From Armatimonadota bacterium (GTDB lineage: Bacteria; Bacillota; Desulfotomaculia; Desulfotomaculales; Nap2-2B): a stretch of 64,000 nt of DNA. The stretch is taken from the NCBI GenBank assembly GCA_023511535.1, contig JAIMBK010000010.1:633-64632 (forward strand). The letters are read 5' to 3'. The notes beneath the pieces are model-generated. The model did no database searches and was not told where the DNA came from. It saw nothing but the letters and a program-made list of their open reading frames with translations. The number at the start of each line of letters is the position of its first letter. Within the stretch, counting starts at the first letter, position 1. This document shows positions 1 through 9,200 of the stretch, in pieces. The translations under genes and the position numbers were made by a program.

Positions 1-546
1 TCGGGGTCCAGACCTCGGGAATTGCCAATAAAAGACCTGGGCCCCGCCAGGGGTAGTTTAGTTATATCCGTGTCCGACCAAATGCTCTAAATAATTTGCG
101 CATCGGGCGGCTATTTGCTGAACCGTGCTCCCCAATTCATTTACATCCAGGAGTACTTACACTTAATACACAAACCCCTCCAAAAAATGTTCAAAAACCT
201 ACGTGAGACCCAGGCGGCGGGCAATTATTTAAAACCCGCGGACTTGCCGCCGATACGCTAAACATTTCTTTGACTCCAGACTATCATTCACCCAAACCCA
301 AGCCCCGGATAAAATCTGCATACGAAATGCCGGATTAATAAACTTTACCTCCCCAGGTTAGCCGAAGGCTAATTGGTATCTCAGGGGGTGGGGCACCGAA
401 CGGATTGTTTTGCACAGCGCCGTCAGAGATATACCCTTCCCGAAACATATACAATAATTCACTGCAAAAATCCCATTGCACCACCTAAAGGAAGCATGTA
501 TGTTAACCAGCCTGGGAACAAAAAGATTTTTATAGGTCAATCAATT

Positions 547-984
547 TTATCTTAACTTTGATACCTCATTACTGGCCACTCTTTGAATACGCTTGATCTC
601 TTCCTGCATGTTCCGAGGTAAAAGAACTAGCTTTAAAGACAACCCGGGAGCCAGGCGGCCCTCTAACCTTGCGGACATGATCTGGTAAAACTCTTGTGAG
701 GTAAAAACTAATAACCTTTTCGAGGCCGAAACGAGAGTTAAGTAATATAATTCTGCCTCGGCATTCTTTATCTTTCCTGAAGGAACCCGTCCCCTTGCTG
801 TCTTGCCACCAGCTGTTTTAATCGATGCAACAATTGTGCCATCGTCGGACACTGCATCGAATTCATGTTTTCCGCCGGTGATCAAAGTAAGTAAGCGTGG
901 CTTAAAGGCAATGCCGAACTCTCTCGCTAACTCTTTTCTCACGTATTCCTCGACATTTTTTCGCAGGTAGGTCGTGTTGGCCAT
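547..984 (-). CDS. Hypothetical 145-aa protein, possibly PD-(D/E)xK nuclease fold, at the distal end of the SIR2-HerA gene block
   Basis: Intact ORF with a GAAGGT SD-like sequence 4 nt before the ATG. The motif GGKHEFDAVSDDGTIVASIK resembles a D...(D/E/S)xK restriction-endonuclease-fold core. The fold is assigned by eye only. Confidence 0.45.
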   Translation of the reverse strand: MANTTYLRKNVEEYVRKELAREFGIAFKPRLLTLITGGKHEFDAVSDDGTIVASIKTAGGKTARGRVPSGKIKNAEAELYYLTLVSASKRLLVFTSQEFYQIMSARLEGRLAPGLSLKLVLLPRNMQEEIKRIQRVASNEVSKLR

Positions 985-1097
985 TTTTACCTTCGGCCCC
1001 TCAATGGAACAAATGGGTTATGCTTATCAACTCTTATGTAAACATTGGTAATGTTAGGCTATTTTGCAGTCACGTATTATCAATGACGACTTGGCTC

Positions 1098-3350
1098 TCA
1101 AAATGGTACTTCGTCATCAAAATCATCTTCTGAAACAACTTCTGTTTCTTCAAGCAATGTATCTTTTGATCCATCCTCCGGCTCGCCATCACTTTCATGT
1201 ATCCAGGTTTTTAGGAACTCCCCAATGTTGAACTGCTCTTTTCCCGGTTGCCATGCTTCCCACGGTCGAGGAGTATCACTCGTCGGAACGGGCTCCGGCT
1301 TTCGCACCTTCACTCTTGCTGCTACGTTAACAGCACTTCCCAAAAGAAGGCCTTCGCCGGGGGCTAAGATTGGTAATTGCTCGAGTAAATCACGTGAACC
1401 AATGGGTAGGATTTTCTTGAAATATTCTATATCCTCGGGATTTTGGATGCGATGCACCAGGAAATTTGCACACTGGGACAGCACCGTAGCACTGACATCC
1501 GACGGACGCTGACTCGCAATGATAAGAGAAAGCCCAAACTTTCGGCCTTCTTTGGCAATTCTCTCAAAGGTTTCCCGCGCTAATGTAAGACCGGGAGCTT
1601 CATCTTGGTTCCGTGGCTTAAGGTAGTTGTGAGCCTCTTCAAGTACGAGTACGTATGGTTGAACAGTTCTTTTAGCAGGCTCTGCCTGGGTCCTAACTTC
1701 CAGCAAAATCCGCCCAAAAACAGCGCAAAAGAAAGGAAGTACGTCGTGGGCAAGCATCGAGCAGTCCACTACGATAACTTGGTCATCATCCTGACCAGTC
1801 ATTGCCCATAGGATATCTTCTAACGAACCTCCGCCTTGTGTAAATACCGACCACCGCTTGTCCGCCAGTTGTCGATGGATACGCAATCTCAAAGTGGAAA
1901 TAAACTCCTGAATACGTGACTCTGCTCCGTGACGCGAAGCAGCGATATGAAAGTGAGCATCCCGTTCAAGTTCACGGGGATTAAATTGGATCGGGCTATC
2001 CGCAATAATCTGCTTGAGCCCACCTTTTGTAACTATATCCAAACGGAACTGCTGAAAAACAGGTTCTAATTTAGCAACAAATTGCACTACCTCCTCAGCC
2101 ACACCAGGGGGTAACCTCTGAAATTCGGCCCAGTTCTTTTCTTTACGAAGACTCTCATATTCTTCCTTGCTTCTAAGACCTCGTTCTCTAATCTTCTCAA
2201 TATCTTTTTCTATTCCATTAAACTGTGAGGGTAACCCAACTTTGTATTTCGCCAGTTCTCTCGCCAGTTCTCTTATTATATAAATGGTTTCTTGTAAGTG
2301 TGATATCAATTCGGCCGTATTATCTGATACTGCTGTACCGTCTGCCTCTGCTGCATATACAGAAAGGCTACCTAAGTAATTAAGGCATTTATCCACGATT
2401 CGGACAAGCCTTCTAAACGGCTTGACCGCATCCGGGTCTACCGAATCCTCACGAATCATTGTTATAACTCTCTCCAGGACAGGAACTTGACTAGCCTGTG
2501 AGGCTTCGAAAAAACTAATCAATTCAGTCAGGTTAAATATCCACAGGGGGAGTTCAAAAGGTTTTCCGTTAATGTACGACTTATTCAATTCTCGATCCGA
2601 TATCATTTCACTCTCCGTATTTTTTAAAGGAAAAGCACTTCCGTACTCGCCGTTGATGTCAAGAATAATAAACTTTGGTAATGGTTTAAATTCCCGGTTC
2701 TGCTGCTCAACAGCCGGTTGCTCCTGCTTATTCAGTAACGCTAGAGCCGATTGAATAATTGAAGCAACACTCCATGACTTCCCGGAACCGGTATTACCGA
2801 TAACACCAAAAGGCCGGGCCAATAGATCGTTAAAGGAAACGGTTACATCCTGTCTGTATATGGGCGATGGACCTACAACCAGGGCAATATCCCTATTATC
2901 CCGTGGCTGGTATTCCAAAATGGTTTTTAATTCTTCTTCCGTAGGTAAAAGTGCGGGCGTTTCGAGAACAGGGTATATAGACACTCCTGGCTCGAAAGGC
3001 ATGCTCTCTCTGAGTTGACCAAGAAGATTAATGGTTAAAATCCGCCGCGAACGGGCAAGTTGTAAGGCCATATCCCTTTCTGTATCTGCCTCTATGGTTT
3101 CATTTTCTGAAGCCCCTATCACAATACCGACCGCCGACTCACCCGGAGCAACGGGAAACAAAAGATATCCGCCTATTTGGGTGACAACTGATATACGATG
3201 GGGATACGACCGAATTTGGCTTCTGACATCAGGATCGAGTAACACTTTTACCCGATAGTTGAACACAGAAATTACTCGCCCAACCTCTCGTACATTTTTC
3301 ACCCCAAGATCAGGCACCATTCCCACCCCCTTATTGTAGCTTAGCTTCAA
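1098..3350 (-). CDS. herA: HerA-family (FtsK/HerA clade, DUF87-like) ATPase, partner of the upstream SIR2 protein
   Basis: Walker A FGVIGNTGSGKSWSV, Walker B YVLVLEEAHNYL and RKFGLSLIIASQRPSDV are typical of HerA ATPases. There is an N-terminal barrel-like GRVISVFNYRVKVLL. The ORF opens at TTG 3350, but the SD-supported ATG (GGGGG N5 ATG) is at 3320. The C-terminal tail is acidic. Confidence 0.85.
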   Translation of the reverse strand: MKLSYNKGVGMVPDLGVKNVREVGRVISVFNYRVKVLLDPDVRSQIRSYPHRISVVTQIGGYLLFPVAPGESAVGIVIGASENETIEADTERDMALQLARSRRILTINLLGQLRESMPFEPGVSIYPVLETPALLPTEEELKTILEYQPRDNRDIALVVGPSPIYRQDVTVSFNDLLARPFGVIGNTGSGKSWSVASIIQSALALLNKQEQPAVEQQNREFKPLPKFIILDINGEYGSAFPLKNTESEMISDRELNKSYINGKPFELPLWIFNLTELISFFEASQASQVPVLERVITMIREDSVDPDAVKPFRRLVRIVDKCLNYLGSLSVYAAEADGTAVSDNTAELISHLQETIYIIRELARELAKYKVGLPSQFNGIEKDIEKIRERGLRSKEEYESLRKEKNWAEFQRLPPGVAEEVVQFVAKLEPVFQQFRLDIVTKGGLKQIIADSPIQFNPRELERDAHFHIAASRHGAESRIQEFISTLRLRIHRQLADKRWSVFTQGGGSLEDILWAMTGQDDDQVIVVDCSMLAHDVLPFFCAVFGRILLEVRTQAEPAKRTVQPYVLVLEEAHNYLKPRNQDEAPGLTLARETFERIAKEGRKFGLSLIIASQRPSDVSATVLSQCANFLVHRIQNPEDIEYFKKILPIGSRDLLEQLPILAPGEGLLLGSAVNVAARVKVRKPEPVPTSDTPRPWEAWQPGKEQFNIGEFLKTWIHESDGEPEDGSKDTLLEETEVVSEDDFDDEVPF

Positions 3351-4906
3351 CCAATCTTATTATTTTGAGATTTCTGCAGGTCTCGAAGTGTTTGCGCTAT
3401 TGCTAATTCAGTTCTTAAAACTTCCAGATCAGGTAAGACATGCAAAGCAAAAAACTCAAATGTTCCCCAATGACCGCCCAGGCAATAAATCCGGCCGCAA
3501 GCATCAGCACGACAAAGTCTCCTGGCCCAAGAAGAGGGGTTTGGATCTATGATGACACACGTGAAGCTGGGATTTGTGAGGGCATCTTCGATTAACTGAT
3601 TTATATGATCATCCCATCCGCTGTACCCAATAATCATTAAAACCGTTTGGGGTTCTCTCAAAGCTTGCGAAAATGCCCGAAACATGTGCGAGAATGGCAT
3701 TGCAAGGGTTTCTCCATATTTGCCGGACGTGGGAAGGATAGCAAGTCCTTCACCTTTATCAAGAACCCTTTCCAGGTCAGGACTGTCTGAACTCTTACTC
3801 TCGCTAAGAAGGTCAGCTTCTCGAGGTAGAGGCCTATTGTCAAACACAATTCCATAGGGATTCCCTGCCGAGCCAAATTTGCTGCGCCGCCAGTTAATGC
3901 TTCCATGTAACTTATAAAGGTGCAGAACTTTATCGTAGCGGCGAACCCTTCCCTCGGTAACCTCTCCTGGATAATAAAGATCCAAATCATATGCAGCAGG
4001 ATTGAAACGCCTTGCAACAGTGCCTGTGAAGCCATCGCAATACATGACTCCCAGCCTATCCATTGCTTGTTCGATAAGCGTATCGTAATTTGTTGTAAAT
4101 ATTTTTGTTCTGCCCTGTTGGGGATCGCGCGCACTGAGCTTGGCAATTAAAGCTTCGTGAGGAGTGATATCCCATTCATGATCGCGAGCGTCGGGTGCGG
4201 AAAATCGGCTTGAAGGAAGATCTACGTTACAAACAACAGTGATTGCCCGCTCCAGATCAAGCAGTAACTCACTTAACCTAGTAATTCTAAGCTGGCGCCC
4301 CCGAATTCCCTTGAGAGGTATATCCAAGATCATCTGATCTATCGGCCACTGGCTTGCCTCTGATAAAGATCGCCAGGCCGTTAACTGGGAAAGAAATTTT
4401 TCAAAATGCCATCCAACTTTATCGGGAGCGCTCGCATGTGCAAGTATCGCTTTCAGTGTCAACTCTGAACTTCGCCCTTCGAGCAACTTATTTATCCGGC
4501 CAAAGAGTCCGGAACCGACAAACCCGGTCACATAAAAAGAAGCTCCTGCTCCGATCAAGATGCGGACATTCTGCATTTTTAACCATCGAGCAAAAAGTGC
4601 TAGCACTTCCTGGCGGATATTACTTTTTCGTTCATCTTCATTATCTTTTGCAAATCTTGACAGCCAATTTTCAGACCCCCGATAGAGAATGTTTGGGCTC
4701 CAAATACCTGGCGATATCTGTGTTATATCAGGCATTTCTGAAGATTGGAGATCAAACTGCAAGTTAAACCAGGGGTCATGACTTTTTCCTTCCAATTGCG
4801 GAAAAGGATCCTCTGGCGTTGCCTCTATTATTTTATCGTCCTTTTCAGCGTTCATTTGTCCTTCCTCGCTCTCTTGAGTAGCTCTTAACCCATCTTCAAT
4901 TCCCAA
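3347..4906 (-). CDS. SIR2-family protein (predicted NAD+-consuming effector of a SIR2-HerA system)
   Basis: Rossmann start RILIGAGASF, catalytic-type IFTTNYDTLIEQ (Asn) and LYKLHGSINW (His) are characteristic of the prokaryotic SIR2_2 family. It lies immediately upstream of herA. The ORF opens at TTG 4906. The better SD (GAGGAAGGA) precedes ATG 4855. Confidence 0.85.
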   Translation of the reverse strand: MGIEDGLRATQESEEGQMNAEKDDKIIEATPEDPFPQLEGKSHDPWFNLQFDLQSSEMPDITQISPGIWSPNILYRGSENWLSRFAKDNEDERKSNIRQEVLALFARWLKMQNVRILIGAGASFYVTGFVGSGLFGRINKLLEGRSSELTLKAILAHASAPDKVGWHFEKFLSQLTAWRSLSEASQWPIDQMILDIPLKGIRGRQLRITRLSELLLDLERAITVVCNVDLPSSRFSAPDARDHEWDITPHEALIAKLSARDPQQGRTKIFTTNYDTLIEQAMDRLGVMYCDGFTGTVARRFNPAAYDLDLYYPGEVTEGRVRRYDKVLHLYKLHGSINWRRSKFGSAGNPYGIVFDNRPLPREADLLSESKSSDSPDLERVLDKGEGLAILPTSGKYGETLAMPFSHMFRAFSQALREPQTVLMIIGYSGWDDHINQLIEDALTNPSFTCVIIDPNPSSWARRLCRADACGRIYCLGGHWGTFEFFALHVLPDLEVLRTELAIAQTLRDLQKSQNNKIG

Positions 4907-4907
4907 A

Positions 4908-6212
4908 TTAAGCAGGTTTAACCCCGTTATACATCTCCCCGTAAAAAGTTCTAAATTCAGAGTAATTAATTGGCCGGTAATGAGCCAGTTCGTTACGTAT
5001 TTTTCTACCCGTTGTAACCAATGATAACCACCGGCGTTCAGGCTGCAAAGAATGGCAATACTTCAACAGGTATTCGAGGTGCCCCCATTGACAGGCCAGA
5101 GGATTATCCCTCACGGCCTGTTTTTCCTCTTCGGAGAGCGGTGGGAACCAGCGGATCGGCCAGTTATGTCCATAACGACGGGTAAGCAAATTGCATATCG
5201 TTAATCGTACATCGTCTAAAACAGGTAACAGTAGAGCCGCTTGGCCACGCCAGATTCGATGCCATAATTCTTCTTTCTTCCCGAGAAAATTTAAGGCAGC
5301 TGAATGTAGCTCGATACCATATTCCGGGGTAGCCATCAATAAACCATGTGACCAAAGGCGAAATAATTTTAATGGTGGGGCAACTGATGGCGCACCTGGC
5401 AATCCAAATCGTACCCCCCTCTCATTTAAATTCTGAAATTCAAATCCCTGCCCGACCAGGTTTTCCCACGTCCATCCGCATTGATAACTATAAGCTTGTA
5501 GACTTTGAACAATTTTTTCCAGGTCGCCATCCACTTCATTCCATAGATAAGCCATACAGGCTATGTCGTTACCAACTAAAGCAGGTAAAAGGAATTCCCG
5601 CCAAAGAGAAGAAGCTCCCCACTTTTCCTGTTCAAGTTCATTATTTATCCGACATAAAAGTTGCATTTCGAGAGCGGTAGGAAATCCCCACCACCAGCGC
5701 ACAGAGAGGTATAGGCTACTTGTTGGAACCTCACAGGGTAACATATTAGCCGGTATTACCAGGCAGATGGCAGGCGCCATTACTCCATAATCTGCTGTAT
5801 TTTGGCTATGCCAAGACCATTGCACAAGAAATTCAAGCCAAATTTTACGTTTAATCTCTGGCAAAATACAATAACCATCAAGCCAGATTAAGTCCGGCAG
5901 GCTGCTGCTGGCTACAATTAGGTTAGCTACTGTACGTGATATGTTGCCTTCTCCCCAATCAACCCCTAACGCCTCACCTAATGCAGCCGGCGGCGGACGA
6001 TCAGGAAAAAATTCGGGGAGCGGAAGTGTTACGGAACTAATGTCCCGCCGCCATAACTCTTCACGAAGAACCGTCATAACTTGGGCAGGTTCAATATTCA
6101 GCGGCAAAAGAAGTAATACACTTCGCCTATTGGCGAGATCATCAACAATACTGGCAAGAAAACGCCGGACGCTGGGTAACTGAAAAAAGCCGGAGTAGAG
6201 AAAAGAGCTCAT
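4908..6212 (-). CDS. Hypothetical 434-aa protein with a C-terminal HEPN-like domain (RNxxxH motif)
   Basis: The ATG overlaps the stop of the giant upstream gene (ATGA, 6209-6212). The C-terminal TGRKIRNELAHYRP (nt 4980-4997 encode RNELAH) fits the HEPN Rx4-6H signature with a polar residue after R. The N-terminal ~200 aa has strand/helix patterns (SVLLLLPLN, DLIWLDG, AICLVIPA) like a P-loop fold lacking Walker A. That last point is inference. Confidence 0.6.
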   Translation of the reverse strand: MSSFLYSGFFQLPSVRRFLASIVDDLANRRSVLLLLPLNIEPAQVMTVLREELWRRDISSVTLPLPEFFPDRPPPAALGEALGVDWGEGNISRTVANLIVASSSLPDLIWLDGYCILPEIKRKIWLEFLVQWSWHSQNTADYGVMAPAICLVIPANMLPCEVPTSSLYLSVRWWWGFPTALEMQLLCRINNELEQEKWGASSLWREFLLPALVGNDIACMAYLWNEVDGDLEKIVQSLQAYSYQCGWTWENLVGQGFEFQNLNERGVRFGLPGAPSVAPPLKLFRLWSHGLLMATPEYGIELHSAALNFLGKKEELWHRIWRGQAALLLPVLDDVRLTICNLLTRRYGHNWPIRWFPPLSEEEKQAVRDNPLACQWGHLEYLLKYCHSLQPERRWLSLVTTGRKIRNELAHYRPINYSEFRTFYGEMYNGVKPA

Positions 6213-9200
6213 ACTTTGAGCAACCTTTCTACTATTGGTTCTAAGATCAAGCCTTCTTCAGGATGGATTTCCGTCAGCCCCATCATTTGCAAATATTCCA
6301 AAACAGCAGCCCAAACTTTTTCCGAGGCAGGTTGTCCAGATGATAACAATTCGCATATATGCTCCGGGGTAGCTAATTCCAAAGGTATTGACTTTTCCTG
6401 GATAATAAATCTTGCCAACTTTTCAATGTGTTCATTTATCTCTAAACCTAATTGCGACCAAAAGTTTTGTCTAAGCGGGGAACCCATTTCTTTCAGTTCG
6501 TTATCAATTTGGCAACAAAATGGACGGGGATCATCGGCCTCTCCACACCGGATAAATAACTCGTCCAACAGGTATGGCCAACCGCCCGTTGTCTGGAAGA
6601 CTTGCTCACATACATCTTTTGAGTCCATTTTGTTGCGTTGAACAATCCTTTGTTTAATGGCGGCCAGATTCCATCGCCGCGGCCAAAGCACTACGTCAAC
6701 CTGATTCTCCAGCTCCTTCCGATCAGTTGCGGGTAAAGTAAGCCATTCCCATGTTGCTTTCGGCGGAAAGACAAACAGAACCCTTAACCACTGTCCTTTT
6801 TTCTTGCCTTTATATTTCTGGCATATCCTTACAGCGCTGTTTATTAATGGCTCTATCTCCTTCGCGCTGCCTTTCATTTCTCGGTAAACAACCAGACGCC
6901 CATACCCGCTGTGCATTTTCAAATAATCTTCCAGCCAGATTCTCATTTTTCCAGCATCGTTAACCTCCGGAGGAATGCTGGCTAAATCTCCCCAAACACC
7001 GGCGGTTACTTCCGTTGGCTCGCCAGTCACTAAAGACCTGAAAGCTTCAACAAAACGGTTTAACCCCAAAGCTCCCGAAGCAAATAGCAACCCCACGCCA
7101 AACTGCCGCGTGTTCAGGCTTCGTTCCTGCCCAAACGAAAGGGGATTGTAGTACCGGCCGTTGCAATCAAGAGGAGCATGATAGTTATTGGGATCATCGT
7201 TCTGATCATCCGGCGAAGCATAGGAAAGCTCCAGCAGACGTTCCTCAATGTGGTCTTTTGTTCCGATTATCCGAACGAGATTCGGACTCCGCAAGTGATA
7301 GTAACCTTCGTTGCTACGCCATAACACTCCCAAACCGCACATTTCGTCCAATAGACCGCGAAACTCGTCGGAGCGGATCTGGCCAAATCCCTGTTCCCAC
7401 CACTCACTGGCCATGCGCAGTATATCCGTTGCTCGATAAGACTGAGCGAACACATCCCGCTTATCCAAATGGTCATAAATTATTGTCCAGGCAATAGCCT
7501 GATAACGTTTATCGAGGGCCAGCGTCCAATCGAAACGCTCTTTAAATTGTTCCCGGATTTCCTGCATGCGATAAACGGCTTCAATATCACTTCGATCGAT
7601 TACGTAAGGATACTGCGGCTTTTCTCTCCTGGCTTTATTGTGAAGTCGTATCAGGAGTTTCTGACAAAAAAGCTGGATTAGACCAGGGTGGTAGTTGGTG
7701 TAAGACAAAATACGAAGAATAAGCGCATCATCCTTAAAACGGTAACCAAGCGACGATAATGGCTTACGAATCAGTTCTTGGGCTGCACCTGGCTCCAGCG
7801 GTCCAACCCGCATCGGAGCGCCAAACTGGGCCAGGGGCTGATTTGCCAAACCCTGAAAACGTTGTACATTGTGAAGACCTGCAAAAACTACTTTGAACCT
7901 GCGCTGTGTATTTTGCATTAAAATCCGCAACTGGTCGACGATACAGAAATTATCCCTGGCATCCGCATCCAGAAAGTTATCCGCTTCATCAAACAGCACC
8001 AGGACACGATAACGGGGGTTCTTTTCAAGGACATTACGCAAATGAGTTATAATTTCATCCGGTAAATCGGTATTTATTTTTGGCGGAAGCAGCCCGAGCA
8101 TCTTGAAAACGTCCCGGAGTTTTTTCCAAATTACACTGGTGGGCTGGCCAGTTTTTGGGTCGCCTACAATCTTAATGTCTTCTACATAGGCATACTGATC
8201 ATTCTGCGGTTGGTGGAACTCTCGCTGTACATAGCGCAAAAGAGCAGACTTGCCTAATTGACGACCGCCGTATACCACACAACTCTCCTCCGGGCGCTGT
8301 AACTTACGGACCATATCTTCCCGGCCAAAAAACATCTCCTGGGGTACGTCGCCGGCCTGGAAAGGTGTATAAGGATTTACAGCAGTGAAAGGAAGGGAAC
8401 ATTTAAAGAAAGACGAGAGACGCGCCGTGCGCTCGGCAGCTAGAAAAACCAGCAATATCTCATCTAAAACCGCCATGGTTAAGCCCCGTTCGATTGATAA
8501 TTGCTTCATGACATGACGACGTTCCAGACTCATCCGTCCCAGGTAAAAAACCAACACATTGCGGTTATCCAGTTTCAAATCGCGTAACCAAGCGCTCATT
8601 GTATCCACGCTGGGTCGTTCCCACAGACAAATCACATCATATACTCCCTGCTGTTGAGAACCAAATTGCGGTACTGGCGCAAGCCCGCCTGCTGACATAG
8701 GAACACGAGACATATAAAAATAGTAATCGCTCGCATATAAATTATTAGCCGGTACTTTTAATCCAGGTTCTATGTTAAAACCTAGATAATGTAATATATA
8801 CGTAATTAAAGTAACTTTTTCCTTATTAGTCATTCTTCCTTGTTTTAACCTGCGCCATGCCTCAATGGCAGACAGCGCCTCGTCACGCCGCGGGCGCGGC
8901 AATTTGCCAAAGTTTAAACCGGCCCAACGCCGTTCATTGCGGATTGCATCACCAACAGCGACAACACCGTGATCCCGCCCCAGTTCTTCTTCGATTCTTT
9001 TCAAGGACTCTTTAAATTCATGAAAGACATCCCGTTCATCAACGCGGGGAACAAACCAGTTATCCTCAATTTCCTCTCCAGTGTCTAAGGCCCTCGCCAG
9101 GCGGGACAGAATTTCCTCTACTACACGCGTATCCCCCTGATCTAAAGCATTTTGAACGAAACTTTGCACCTGTGCTTTGCGGTTTTGATCAATTTTCGCT

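Noticed and set aside
358-555. Two overlapping 60-aa ORFs on opposite strands at the left edge
   Set aside because: Mutually exclusive, no ribosome-binding sites, no recognisable sequence.
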